Source of the DNA: Aplysia californica | Lineage: Eukaryota | Length of the DNA stretch: 64,000 bases | Direction of reading: 5' to 3' | Assembly (NCBI RefSeq): GCF_000002075.1 | Contig: NW_004797808.1 | Location: 260,102-324,101, forward strand | Shown: positions 1 through 11,887 of the stretch, one piece after another | Layout of the letters: each line of letters begins with the position of its first letter | Numbering within the stretch: the first letter of the stretch is position 1 | The notes under the pieces: generated by a model | Database searches by the model: none | What the model was told of the DNA's origin: nothing | The model's input: only the letters and a program-made list of their open reading frames with translations | Made by a program: the position numbers and the translations under genes

Positions 1-36
<36 letters not shown>
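1..36. repeat. (CT)n microsatellite
   Basis: Perfect CT dinucleotide run at the window start. Confidence 0.95.
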
Positions 37-39
<3 letters not shown>

Positions 40-279
40 CTTTTCTCTCTGTTTCGTGTGTTCCCACTCCCTTCCTCTGTTCATCACCGTACTCCTCTTT
101 CCTTCTCTATCACACATTACCTTTCACGACTCCCGGTATTAGTAGCGCAAGCCTATTATTACTCTTTCCCACTGATGAAACAACCATGAACAAAGATATC
201 AGTTGCAAGAAAGTGAGCACTTTTGCTCCTCAGTTCTTACTTTACTTTTCCCTTCCTCTGGTATCCATAGGGTGTCGAG

Positions 280-2640
280 GGGAGGTGCAGGTTTCGGTCC
301 TGTACTAGATGTGTAGCGTCTGTGATAGATGTGTTATGCTGTTCCAGGACCTTTTTAACCCCATCCAGTCAAGCTTTCTTGGTCTTGCTCTTTATTTGAA
401 GCCGGATTCACGGGCGAGTGGTAAGCTTTAGCCGCTAATTGTTTTTGGGCATTCGTGTTAGATGTGCGAACCATTGACTCTTTGACTTTCTAATCAATTT
501 ACTACTGGTTAGGTAGACGTATGGTCTCGTTCCTTATGCGGTCTCCTCTGGTGGTTTTGAGGCGACACCTCTTTTCGCATGCATTGGTATTTATTTCTTG
601 GGCCTTGTTTAGAGACCATGTTTCGCACTGCAGTGTTCAGGCTGGTATAAAGATTCTATTGATGAGTTGGGATTTCACTTCAGTTGGGGTGTTCTTGTTA
701 CTGAGCAGGGGTGCTAGCTGGTAGGTCACTGCATTTGCCTTCATAGTTCTTGTTTTTATTTCTTTGTCACTACCCCCATCTTGCGTGAAGATGCTTCCCA
801 AATATTTAAATCCCTCTGCTTGTTGGAGTTGTATCCCGTCAATATGAATAAAAGGACGTTGAGTTTCCCTGGGTTTCTGCTGACTTTCATAACTTCTAGT
901 TTTGAAATGGAGATTTTCATGTTTAGGTGTTTACATTCCTGATTTAGTTTTGTTGTGTGTGTATTTGTAATTCCTTTTCATGTGTATTTAATATCTGGTC
1001 ATCGGCGAATAGAAGTAGAAGCTCTTTCAGTTCATTGATGTCATTTGCTGCTTTCGTGATCTTATCAAAGTAAGTGATAAAGAGAAGCGTCGAGTGAACA
1101 CACCTTTGTCTTACCCCAGACCTGATTGGGAACCAGTCCGATAGTCCTTCTGTTGATCTTACGGCACACAGGCTGATTTTATAAAATGCCAAGATGTTCT
1201 CCAGCAATTGTCCTGTTATACCATATTCCTCTAAGACTTCCCAAAGTTGACTTCTATTTACGCAGTCGAACGCCTTTTCCTGGGCCACGAAGACGATATT
1301 GAGGTCCAATGGCAATCTCACACAACTGACTTAATTTTAAAATACCGTTAGTACAGGCCCTTCCTTTTCTGAAGCCTAACTGGGATTCATTGAGTTGAGT
1401 CTCAACAACTGGTCTCATTCTCATTTCCTGTATCTTGGCAAACGTTTTACTCACATGGCTGAGAAGGGATATTCCTCTGTAGGTTCCACAGTCTCTTTTG
1501 TTACCTTTCTTTTTCCAAATATGTACAATGACAGCCCAGTCATCGGGTGTTGTTTTTGTGCCCAGGCCAGGTTAAATATTCTCCATAGCCAGAGTTCACC
1601 GATACGGCGGCATAGTTTGATCTCTTCTGCTGCCATGTTATCAAAGCTTGGCGCTTTGTTTGTGGGGCTATTCTTTATATCATGCGGGTTTCACTCAGCA
1701 GTATGGATGGTTCTGGATTAGTTTCTTTCAATGAGAAGCTGTTTGGTGTTGTTTCTCCGGTAGGATTCAACAGCTCCTGGAAATATCGTTTCCTTTTTTC
1801 TTTGGCTTACTGAAAATAGGGTTTCGGTTATCATCATTGACTATTTCAGTCGGGTTGAATGATTCTTCCCGCATTCTCATGCTTTTAACTCTCTTGTAAA
1901 ACTCTCTGGGGTCTTCTTTACATGCTGTTGCCAGCTGTCCTCCATATATACTGTCCAGGATCTGTTCTTAGTTTCTTTTACTCCCCTTGTTGTTTGGCGA
2001 CGTTCCTTTCTGTATAGGATGTGATCTCCCTCTGTCTTTGATTTCTGCCACTTTTTAATGCCTTTTTCATCAGCTGGGTGGCTTCCTTCACTTGGTCATT
2101 CCACCTTATAGTGTTTTCCTTTTCTGCCCTCCTGTTTTCTTAGTGCCACACTCTTCTTTTAATACTCTATATACACATGCTTTGAAGCGGCTCCATTCCT
2201 CTTCAATGTCTCCCGGTTTTTGGGGCGAAGTGCATCTTCCAAACATTCATGTATCTTATCTTCGGTATCGTCATTTATACGAGCTGAGATGTACGACTTC
2301 TCGTCGTTTCTTTGCTTCTGGCCGTTTCCTGTTTGGTGTGTCAACAGTCATGATGACTAGTATGAGGTCAGTGTCTATGATGTAGTTGGGAATCACTCTT
2401 GAGTCTTTGATTTTTCTCAGTTTCGATCTTTTGGTCAGAATAAAATCAATTTGTGGTGCTTTTTAACCTTACTCATTTTGTGTTTGAAGAAGGTATTTGA
2501 TATGACGAGGTCATGTTCTGCGCACAACTGTAATAGCATTTCTCCATTGCTATTTTGATCTGTTTCTCTGTCACTGTGTGGTCCCATGTATCTCTCCCAC
2601 GTCGTCACATTATCTGTGCCATACACGGTGCTTAAAGATC
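280..2640 (-). mobile_element. Decayed RTE-clade LINE (endonuclease and reverse transcriptase remnants)
   Basis: Frameshifted minus-strand pieces: NSNGEMLLQLCAEHDLVISNTFFKHK (APE endonuclease), ESQLGFRKGRACT, EKAFDCVNR, SGVRQRCVHSTLLF, LLFADD (RT motifs). Boundaries approximate. Confidence 0.88.
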
Positions 2641-2811
2641 AGCCAGTTGATCATAGAACAGTTGTCACAGTTCTTCGGGGTATGAACCACAGCATGGTGC
2701 ATATATCTGTATTTGATGCTCCCCTGTAATCTATGGTGATTTTTGTATCAATCTCCGGCTTTATACAATACTCGTTAAATTTCATATTTTCTTCAAACTT
2801 GAGTTTGCTCT

Positions 2812-3170
2812 TTTAGTTTGTTTTAGCTAGGGTTTAACGGCACTTGCAACACAAATAGGTCATATAAGCGCCGGAGATTAGAGGTGTTACATGAGAGTAA
2901 CATACACATAAACATACACAAAAAAGAACGAGGACGGATAAGGACGGTTGACTTTTGATTGGAAAAAAGGAACAAACAACACCACAGTGCACCTACTAGA
3001 TCTAACCAGAGAGTTTACAGTAATACTATTACTGTAATACTATAATATTACTGTAAACCCTCTCTGATCTAACCCTGCTTGAGTTATGCATGTAAGATTG
3101 AAACTGCTTTCAATTCTAATCATGTTTCCCAATAGCAAGTTGAAGAACTCTTTAAAACAAAATGAGGGAT
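2812..3170 (-). mobile_element. 3' end of a LINE (tail family A, I/Nimb-like), 5'-truncated
   Basis: Reverse complement ends ggcgcttatatgacctatttgtgttgcaagtgccgttaaaccc followed by an (aaact)-like tail. Homologous to copies near 13560, 15415, 32480 and 42840. Clade assignment is tentative. Confidence 0.6.
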
Positions 3171-3668
3171 GTTTTTCTTTTGAAAATCCGGTCATTATTA
3201 TAGAAAGTGTGCTCGTTTCTTTTTTTTCCTTTTTTTTTTGGGGGGGGGGGATAAAAGGCATCGGACTCCTGACGTCCCGTAACGGTAAATAGAAATTTAC
3301 TCTTTTTAGTGTAGGCCTCTTGGGACCTACTAGATCTGGACCCTCTAAACTTTTATTGTTTGTACATTGACTCTACATAAAACAACAAACAAATTGATAC
3401 CTCAATGGTTACAACACAACTATTATTGTGGATTCTTTGACGTTTCGAAGCAAAATTTGGAAGTTTGGTGGCACAAAATGCAATGCAAAAATTTGGCCAA
3501 ATCAGCGCGAAAATCGATTCACAAAAATGGTCGACGCTTCTGAACTAACAAAGGTAGTACAAAAATTTCAAAAGTTCTGAAAACAGAAATCCAAGCTCTT
3601 TCCTATAATTCTAATTTCAGTGCCGTTGGAGAAGTCTGAAAATTTCACTGAAGTGCCTTGATCTAGAT

Positions 3669-4333
3669 CAGTGGTTTTCAAACTTTTTTCGCCCACCGCC
3701 CCCTTTTTCACCCAGCCGAGTCCCAGCACCCCCTACTCCGCCCCAACCACCAATCTAACATAATGACATGCATAATATAATAACAATCACAAATAAAGAG
3801 AGAGTTCAAACAGTAGGGTAGAAAGTAACGTGCCTAAATTCTAATGATTTAGTTCTGAATATTAGTTGGGTCACAAATCACCATCTTTACAGTCTTAAAT
3901 TAAGCGTGGACGAGAGATAATAAAACACATTTTCTTCAATCTTAAGCAAGGGCATTGAGAGCAAATTACTGTCATTTTATGCTTATAGTTGTCATCGGTA
4001 CTAAACGACCAGTGTTTTTACATCAATAAAAATAAAACATGTATTATCACATTTACAGAAGCAAAACGCCAAAAATAAATAAATAAATAAATAAATAAAA
4101 ACGCCCGTGATCATTGGTTTGAAAACAGATCGACATTATCTTTATGAAACGTTTTCTCCCATCAACGTGCTGCAATAAAGTGGCCTGAGATTTGTATCAA
4201 ATGTCTCTGTTGTAGAAAATAAACATATTATTAAGTTGTTCAAATGTGAGAAACCACACGAAAGAAAGTATGCATGGATCTTAGTCTGTAATTATCACCA
4301 TCATCGTAATCATTGTCATCATTATCATCATTG

Positions 4334-4387
<54 letters not shown>

Positions 4388-6254
4388 CCATCAGTTTCAT
4401 CAGCAGTGGCAGAACGTGCACATAAAAAACTCTGTTAAACAAGTGAATGTTTTGCTTTTTAAAAAAAGGAAGAAAAGAAAAAAAAAAAGACAAGACACAT
4501 TGAGATATCAAGTAAAGGTAAACTACGGAGTAAGTATGCACAAATAAGTTATTGACACTACCCTAATGGGAAGGATGGACCTGCTAAGATGGAACCAACT
4601 TATCAACATCAGGTTGCAGATTGGTCAGTAGCAGACGCAAATCACTACGCTTCGTCAGCATCCTTTTCACTGCACTGAATCCCCTCTCCTCTAGATAGGA
4701 GGCGGGAAAAGAGGTGAACAACAACTTGATCTTTTCCCACTTGGGGGGATATTTGTCTTGTACAACAGTTTTCAACCAGAATGACTGGTACGGCTTTTTG
4801 AGCAATGGTTTGATTTCAAAGTCACATTTTATCGTCAGAAGCTCTTCTTCAATTGCTACTTGCAAGTTATCATCTGTTTCAGTGTTCAATGGGTCCAGTA
4901 TCCAGTATGAAATTTCCAGTAAAAAAAAATCAGGAGGCTAAACCTTGTCTTCATATCAGCATGCAAATCTCTGAGGTGGTTGCTCTATATATATTTGTAG
5001 TTCCTCGTCAGAAACGCGCCCTTCTTTCAGTGTCTTCGTCAAGGAAAGTGAGAAATTTTCTTCTGCCAATGTTTCGGCGGATCATTTCCAATTTCGACCA
5101 GAATGATGAAAGCCTCGGTCAGGTTGGTGTCATCCCCCTGCAACTGAAAGTTGAACTGGTTGAACTTTGTGAAAAGATCTGTGAGGAGCGCAGTGTTGTT
5201 CTTGTGTTCTTTCAGTTTATTGCAGAGAGCACTGTCTGTTTTCTTGAAAAAAAAAACCTCCAGCACAGAGTCAAAAGCATTGAAAGTACTCGTCATTTTC
5301 AGTGCGCAGAAAAATAGTCTCGAGTTCAAAGCGTGGACTTGGATCTTGTTCACACACTTGATGACAATGGCCAGTGTGTTATGCAGACTTTCATTCAGGT
5401 TTTTTGCCACCAAATTCTGTCAGTGAATGACACAGTAAACAGTAAATACTCCATGGACTGATTTCTTCAAGAAGTTCATAAATCCACGTTTCCGACCTGC
5501 AATCGACGTTGCCCCATCTGTTGCACAGGCAACTGTATTGGTCAGAGGGATCTGTTTCTCCTAGAAAAATTCTTGGACCACTTTGAAAATGGACTCGCCT
5601 TTGGTATCTGTTTCCAACATTTTCGCAAATAACAATTCTTGCATTATTTCCTCATTCTCTATGAACTGATATCCAGTTAAAGGCTGAGCTCACGTCCTTT
5701 AAGCATTTTGCACTGTGATTCCTCAACATTTGCTGACATTTCATCAATACGTTTTTGAATGGTATTGTCGCTTAGTGGGAAAACTTTCAACACAGGCTCC
5801 GGGGCACATTGCAGGACGTGCTGACCACCTCTCTTATGGCAGGCAATATGAGGTCCTCACCAATAACATGGTGTTTGTAATTAGCTGAGATAAACTATAT
5901 GTTGCTCGTAAGCCTTCATCAGCTTGATCGACGTGGGCTGCAAACATCGGTTTAACTGATTTTCATTTCTGAAAATTGATCTTTAGAGTGTTGAAGTATG
6001 CCAGATCTTTGTCAGATTTGTCGTGATGAATCTGCTTTATATGGGATTGGCGGGCTGGGAAAGAAAGTTCTTAGCTATAAGTAGTATTGTAAACGATGCC
6101 TAAGCTATCAATTAAAAAAAAATAATTATGTGGCTCTCACACCGCCCCCTTAGCGCCCACCAGCGCCCCCCAATTGCCCAATTTCGTCACAGCGCCCCCC
6201 ACACTCTCGCCACCGCCCCCTTGGGGACGGTAGCGCCCACTTTGAAAACCACTG
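3669..6254 (-). mobile_element. Decayed hAT DNA transposon, Buster/Charlie (SCAND3/ZBED-like) clade
   Basis: TIRs cagtggttttcaaa (3669) and tttgaaaaccactg (6254). Left flank atctagat matches the Charlie NTCTAGAN target. Minus-strand transposase remnants include PLSDNTIQKRIDEM, CATDGA, LQGDDTNL and FPASYLEERGFSAV...DLRLLLTNLQPD. Subterminal cgccccc repeats. Confidence 0.92.
4295..4392. repeat. (CAT)n microsatellite inside the hAT element
   Basis: catcatcat run; produces the spurious poly-His and poly-Met ORFs. Confidence 0.95.
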
Positions 6255-6279
6255 AAGATTTAATGCTTTGAACCAAACT

Positions 6280-6520
6280 TAGGCCTACGCACTTGCGCGA
6301 CCAAACAGAACAAAACAACAAAAAATGGAAGAGAGACAACTCTCTTTATTCGTTCCACCGGAAGTACTATTTTCGTTTTCCAAGCGTCTGTCCGCCATTT
6401 GTTCCTATTTGTTTACGTTTTCAACGTCTTCAAGGGTCCCGATTCAATCCATGAAATCGACTGTGCTTTGAAAGTTTTTTGCTTGTGATTGAGATCCTGT
6501 GTCAACGTTGATTTTTCAAG
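6280..6520 (+). promoter_or_regulatory. Putative SmD3 core promoter and 5' UTR
   Basis: ETS-type ACCGGAAGT at 6357-6365, YY1-type CCGCCATTT at 6392-6400 and an NRF1-like cgcacttgcgc near 6288, all directly upstream of the ATG. Confidence 0.55.
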
Positions 6521-6833
6521 ATGTCGATTGGAGTGCCGATTAAGGTGCTTCATGAAGCTGAGGGTCACATAGTTACATGTGAAACGTCGACCGGCGAAGT
6601 GTACAGGGGCAAACTGATTGAAGCAGAAGACAACATGAACTGTCAAATGGCCAATATTACCGTAACGTATAGGGATGGCCGAGTTGCGCAACTGGAAAAT
6701 GTATATATTAGAGGCAGCAAGATCAGATTCTTTGTTTTACCTGACATGCTGAAGAATGCTCCTATGTTCAAGAAAGTACAAGGAAAAGGTGGTGGCGCTG
6801 GGAGAGGAAAATCTGCGATTCTTAGGGCGCAAG
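6521..6833 (+). CDS. SNRPD3: Small nuclear ribonucleoprotein Sm D3, coding exon 1
   Basis: [43 protein letters not shown]...[11 protein letters not shown] is near-identical to metazoan SmD3. Donor G|gtgag at 6833/6834, phase 1. Confidence 0.98.
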
Positions 6834-6882
6834 GTGAGCAGAACTTTCAACTTTACTTTAGCTTTATCTAAACATCCAGATT

Positions 6883-6978
6883 TCTAGATCTAGAAATCTA
6901 GATATCTAGATCTCTGTGCTTTTTCGGTAGTTCCCACCCCCCTTATTTGAGCCTGACCTACTTCTAGATCTAGATCTA
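6883..6978. repeat. (TAGATC)n-type palindromic array, SmD3 intron 1
   Basis: tctagatctagaaatctagatatctagatct (6883-6913) and tctagatctagatcta (6963-6978). Confidence 0.9.
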
Positions 6979-7131
6979 TGACGTTTGATTCGCGGTGAGC
7001 TAAGCTAAGATATCAAACCTAACACAACAGCAAAACATTAAATTGTGGTAAAATTCAGGGGGGCATGCCCCCCTGAAATCCCCCTTCCTATTTTTGTTAG
7101 GTCAGGGGGGCAAGCCCCCCTGAAACCCCCC
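6976..7131 (+). repeat. Interspersed repeat with two GC hairpins (gggggcatgccccc and ggggggcaagcccccc)
   Basis: Homologous copies at about 25908-26026 (+), 56851-56957 (-) and 61155-61259 (+). Probably an old DNA-transposon fragment. Confidence 0.75.
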
Positions 7132-7254
7132 TACTCTTGGGGCCAAAACCAGTGAATATAACAATTGCGGAGTGGGAACTACCGAAAAAGCGCCTAGATC
7201 TCTTGTGAGGGAAGACTTTGGACTATTGTGTACATATGCTTGGGTTGGGATGTG

Positions 7255-7447
7255 GGAAGGACTTCCGTAACGAGCGACCACCCCATCAAACACAATAAAG
7301 AAGAGGCCTAGATCTAGATCTAGACCTAGATCTAGATTAACCCTACCCCTATCCGTAACCCTAACCCTACCCTTACCCTTACCCTTACCCCTACCCAAGC
7401 CCTCAATTCTGCTCTCTCATAGTGGTCGCTCGTTACGGAAGTCCTCC
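7255..7447. mobile_element. MITE with 9-bp TSD (MULE-like) and telomere-like core
   Basis: TIR aggacttccgtaacgagcgaccac / gtggtcgctcgttacggaagtcct. TSD tgggatgtg at 7246-7254 and 7448-7456. Internal taaccct/taccct repeats. Confidence 0.88.
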
Positions 7448-7745
7448 TGGGATGTGTGTATCCAGTTTCAATTGTGATATCTAGATCTACATATGATCAC
7501 TATTAGATCTATTGGTAGTTTTGCTGATGTACTTTCAAAACAAGCTTTACTTTGTCCGAGGCCCATCCTCGAGACCTGGCAGTTAAACTGTTTCAATCGC
7601 GCGTTTGCATCACTTGACATGACTTCAGTGTGTGTTCCTCCTGTGTCGAGGACCATCAGTTGAAGAGGTTTTTGGGTAGGCCTACCTTGGGGGGGGGGGG
7701 GGGTGTTAGACACCTGGACTAAGTGTAGTAGTGCTTGACGTGATA

Positions 7746-8536
7746 CAGTCCGTGCCGGCTTTAAGCACGCCGGCATAAAGCACGTTTCGGACTCAAGCAC
7801 GCTTACCGGCTCTTACCGAATTTTTGCTATATAAGTCACATGCCTTTAAACACGGTAACTTCGGCTTCAGGCACGCTTCATTTACAAGACAGCCAATACT
7901 TTCAAGATGACCCATCGAAGTTCGAACACAGTCTACACTGCAGCAGTGAAGTGTGTTAAGAGAAACACACAAAGTGAAAGAACGCAAGTGATGGAGACAC
8001 ACACTCACATGGGCGGAGAGGAAGGCAGAGAGATGCACACAGCCGCGCACCTGGACATAGGATCTATCCTAGGGCAAAGCTACACACATGTAAAAAGAAT
8101 ACAAAGAGTCGGGGAGACGAGAAAGGGAGGCTGGCTGCAATCTCACCTTTGACCCTCCATTAATCCTCCTGATTATGAATCACGCGCGAGGTGGGATGAA
8201 GGCGGTGTTATGAATGTGGCGGGCAGTGGTACGCACAGGCTGTGGTGTAGGCCTAATGTGCTGTATCGTGACTGGCTGTCTAAATGAAGTTTTCCTTTCC
8301 GATTCGACCACAAGACAAAAACAAACAAGCAAACAAAAACTACCCTGGCGGGTAAAAATAACAGTGCACACTTTTGCGGGACCACTATAGGCCTACTTAC
8401 AAACAAAGGGAAATAGCACAGGAAATTTTGTACATGAAAATCTCTGGATTATATCTACTTCGCACTCTAGCACGCTTCAGCATTAAGCACGCTTAAGCTT
8501 TCTCCCGATGACCGTGGTTAAAGCCGGCATGGACTG
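7746..8536. mobile_element. pogo/Tigger-type MITE
   Basis: TA|cagtccgtgccggctttaagcacg ... cgtggttaaagccggcatggactg|TA. Confidence 0.88.
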
Positions 8537-8598
8537 TACCTCAGGATGAAAAAAAATACTGATCTTACTTACACACGCACGCACTGAAGGCATATATA

Positions 8599-9268
8599 CA
8601 GTCGAACCTGCCCTGACGGCCACCTGTAAAAACGGCCAATTTCCATTTCCCCCCTTGCGTTTTTTCTATATAATTTAACTGTGTAAAACGGGCACCTGTC
8701 CAACGCTGCCGCGGCCACCATAATTTAACACACAACCCCTATAATATTAAGCAATAATACCTGTCTAAGACGGTCACCTTAGTGACTCCATTACGTTTTG
8801 TTCCTAAATTGTGCATTGGCCCTTGGCGTTGTGGGCGAGCCGTCATAATTCAATCACCTGTCGTTGTTGTTAGTAGTCCCTCCAACCGATCGTGTTGCGT
8901 AGGCCCCTCCCACTGTTGACCAATAGCTACCAATTTTCAGCTGCTGGTGAGTTAAGCGTGTGATCCCTCATAACCCATAAGCCCCACCCAGAACTCATAC
9001 ACAAATCGTGAAATGAGTGGTTACTGTTTACCCAGTCTGTAACAAAGTAACAAAGGACGTCAATATGAACTGTTACAGAAGCGTCCCTCGTTCTCCGGGT
9101 GGTGGCAACCCATGTGTTTGTTTTAACATGGCACTCGGTCTTCCTTGTCTGATACATTTCGTTTTATTGTCACCATTGTGCAAAATCAGCGACAAAATAA
9201 AAATTACAAATGAAATACAAACCAACAGCAAGAACACCAGCAAAGACAACAACAATGGGGCTTCTTTC
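8599..9268. mobile_element. pogo/Tigger-type MITE, truncated copy of the 53239-54017 family
   Basis: Starts TA|cagtcgaacctgccctgacggccacc. Colinear with the 53239 copy for about 670 bp; right TIR missing. Confidence 0.85.
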
Positions 9269-9834
9269 AAGTCAGCTTGGCAGGCACCTTGGTGATTTGA
9301 CGTTGATCACATTTTTTCCCCACTAGGTCCTGATTTTTAGATTTCATGGAGTGGCAGGTCTACAATTCAATAGGCCGGCGTGCCATCATGCGACTGCAAA
9401 TCCCCCACTGTCACACCCAACTTGGAGTGTGCAGAGTCCCACAGAACACCTTGGCTTATTATGGCTTATAGAGGGGTTGTCTTTTGAACTCGGTACTCAC
9501 TCGTATCATGCCTGCTCTCTCTCTCTCTCTCTCTCTTTTTTTTTTTTGGTGAGCGAAATTCGTGATTGTGTTTTAATAAGACCACCTTCCCTGATGCCAT
9601 TTTTTATCACTATATTTATGAAGGCTACAAATTGTTTACAATGGGAGAATTTATGCCTCTTCGTAACATAGCTAATGTAAGGGAAATAATCAAAGAACAA
9701 TTTCTGAATTTGACTATTTAAATATCAGATACAAGACTTTTTTCCTTTGACCATTGCTGTATTGGTGAACTGTGGCCCTGGTATTCCCCGTTTTAAGGCC
9801 ACAGTGATGCAACAATAAGGCACAGAAAGAGTTA

Positions 9835-10632
9835 CAGTGGAATCTTGTTATAACGAGAGGGAAGGAACCGGAGCAAAATGTCCGTTATAGCAGGATTCTC
9901 GCTTTAAGGGATCCAGTAATAAATTCAAGGGAAACTGTAAAGGAGGCCTTATCTTTGAGTTTGGTGTTCTGTTTATTTCCTTTTGCTATCTCCCCTTATG
10001 ATGATTTTGTCAACAAGACCTCTTGGTCTTACTTGATCAAAAATTGAATCAGGTTTCTTTCTTTAGCGATGTGGACTGACAGCTCAGCGTTGGCGATCAG
10101 AAGGAAAGGGCCCTGGGCTAACTCCCCCGCTGTGTTTTCCCCCACCCCACCCCACCCTGTGATGCATTCTATCTGCTTGCGCACGTCACACATTCGCTCC
10201 GTCCATCACATTGATGTGACCTTTCCATCTCCGCATCGGAGAAGTGAGAGGCATGGTAGGCCTTGGTAATCTGAACTAGGCTTACGCTGGCCTATCCCGC
10301 GATGCGTTCTGCTTGTCTGCATATGCCACACCCTCCCTACTCAGTTGCCCCGGCCTTCATTGTTGACACACATGGGCTCTCCTATTCTTTATTTCGTAAG
10401 ATCACCAACAAATTTCTTTACTGGCGAGGGTTTGCATGATGTATAATTGGCCTATCCACTGTTCACAGCAGCAGCAATATTCCGCTATAACCGACTCGCA
10501 TGTTTGTCTGATAGCGCTATAACAGTATTTTATTTACAAAGGTAAAGAGGAGAAAAAAACGGGGTTTTAGAATTGTATCTTTATAACAGACTTCTCGTTT
10601 TTTTCCGGACTCGTTATAAGTGGGCTCCATTG
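9835..10632. mobile_element. pogo/Tigger-type MITE (about 800 bp)
   Basis: TA|cagtggaatcttgttataacgag ... ctcgttataagtgggctccattg|TA. Second full copy at 30720-31517. Confidence 0.9.
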
Positions 10633-11747
10633 TACTAAACTATGTTGTTAATTTGCTCTGTTTTTAGTATTATAATACATGAGGTATACATTACACGTGC
10701 ATTCATAGCTCTGCGAGGCGAGCTAGTAATCACAATGTATGAAAAGTGGCCAATATATGAGGGCTATCTCATTAAGGTTTTGGGCTTGGACGAAGGGTTT
10801 ATAACTCATTATGATATTGTCCATTATCTGGTCATGGCTGAATCGTTTCCCTTGACGTTGGGCAGCTAGTACCATTTTTCAGAAGATGGCTGTTAAATAA
10901 TATATATTTATATAAATTAACCCTGTCCCAAGGTTGGTAGTGTGTAAGGGGGTTTGATTGTAACTTCTTAATTTAAATGCTTATTGTTTTGATCTTATTA
11001 TAATTTTACTGTTTACCTTTTTAAATTAATTTGACTGTGATAATAATGATAATATTTATTTTCGGTCAAGATTCTGGTCATTTTGTTTATATTTGAATCC
11101 TTCAAATTTAATCTGTTTTGTAGATTATGACTATGAATTGACAGTGCCTTGTCAAACTTTGTGCTAATACGCACAACCACACCCATCTTTTAACTTGTGA
11201 AGTTGTGTTATTAGCCTAGTTACTGTTACATGTATATATCTAGTTCCCAGTTGTACATATTTGTGCTGTTTTACTGGACACAATTGGGCGCTAAAAATAA
11301 AAAGGGGCTTGATACTAATGGGAGAACATTTGTAACCAAAGACAAACTGAAATAACTTTTGTCACAGGGAGTATGATCAACAGTTGACCTGCTCGATTAT
11401 GTGAGCCGTTGCCATGGAAACAGCAGCCATCTTGAAAACTGGATAAAACTTTTTTCTTCACCATATTTTCAGTTTTTAACTTTTTAAAATTCTGTAACTT
11501 GCAAAATGCCACAAATAAAGAGGTATTTGAATTTTAGCGCAAAATATTTAAAAAAGAAACAGCCCGCAAGTACAAACCACTTGTAAAAAAAAGTGGTGAA
11601 AAAGTGCTTTTTGAGAAAAACAAGGTTAAACATCGGAACTTGTAGTACACAACGTAACTCAATCAAATTGCATTCTGTTAATGTTAATCAATCGACGACT
11701 ACTGTCAATATAATCTAGACTGAATGAGGGATCGGGGGGGTGGGTTT

Positions 11748-11887
11748 GACAGACTGCTATGCAAAAATCTGCTAAGACTAAAAGCGTACGGATAGGATTA
11801 TCGAGTAAGTTTTCTCTTTGGAAAGTGGTGGCACAGAGTTCTCCTCGTCGTATGGATACGATAGTAAAACACAACGTACGGATAGGG
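11748..11887. mobile_element. Partial piggyBac-type MITE
   Basis: Ends ...ggataggg|TTAA. Homologous to the 15034 and 33132 copies. Confidence 0.7.

Noticed and set aside
4236-4547. Poly-His and poly-Met ORFs
   Set aside because: Artefacts of the (CAT)n microsatellite inside the hAT element.
6834-6871. ORF-track C-terminus of SmD3 ([12 protein letters not shown])
   Set aside because: Read-through into the intron; the true end is exon 2 at 12437-12498.
7337-7397. Interstitial telomere or chromosome-fusion scar
   Set aside because: The degenerate repeats are internal to a TIR element with a TSD and a second copy elsewhere.
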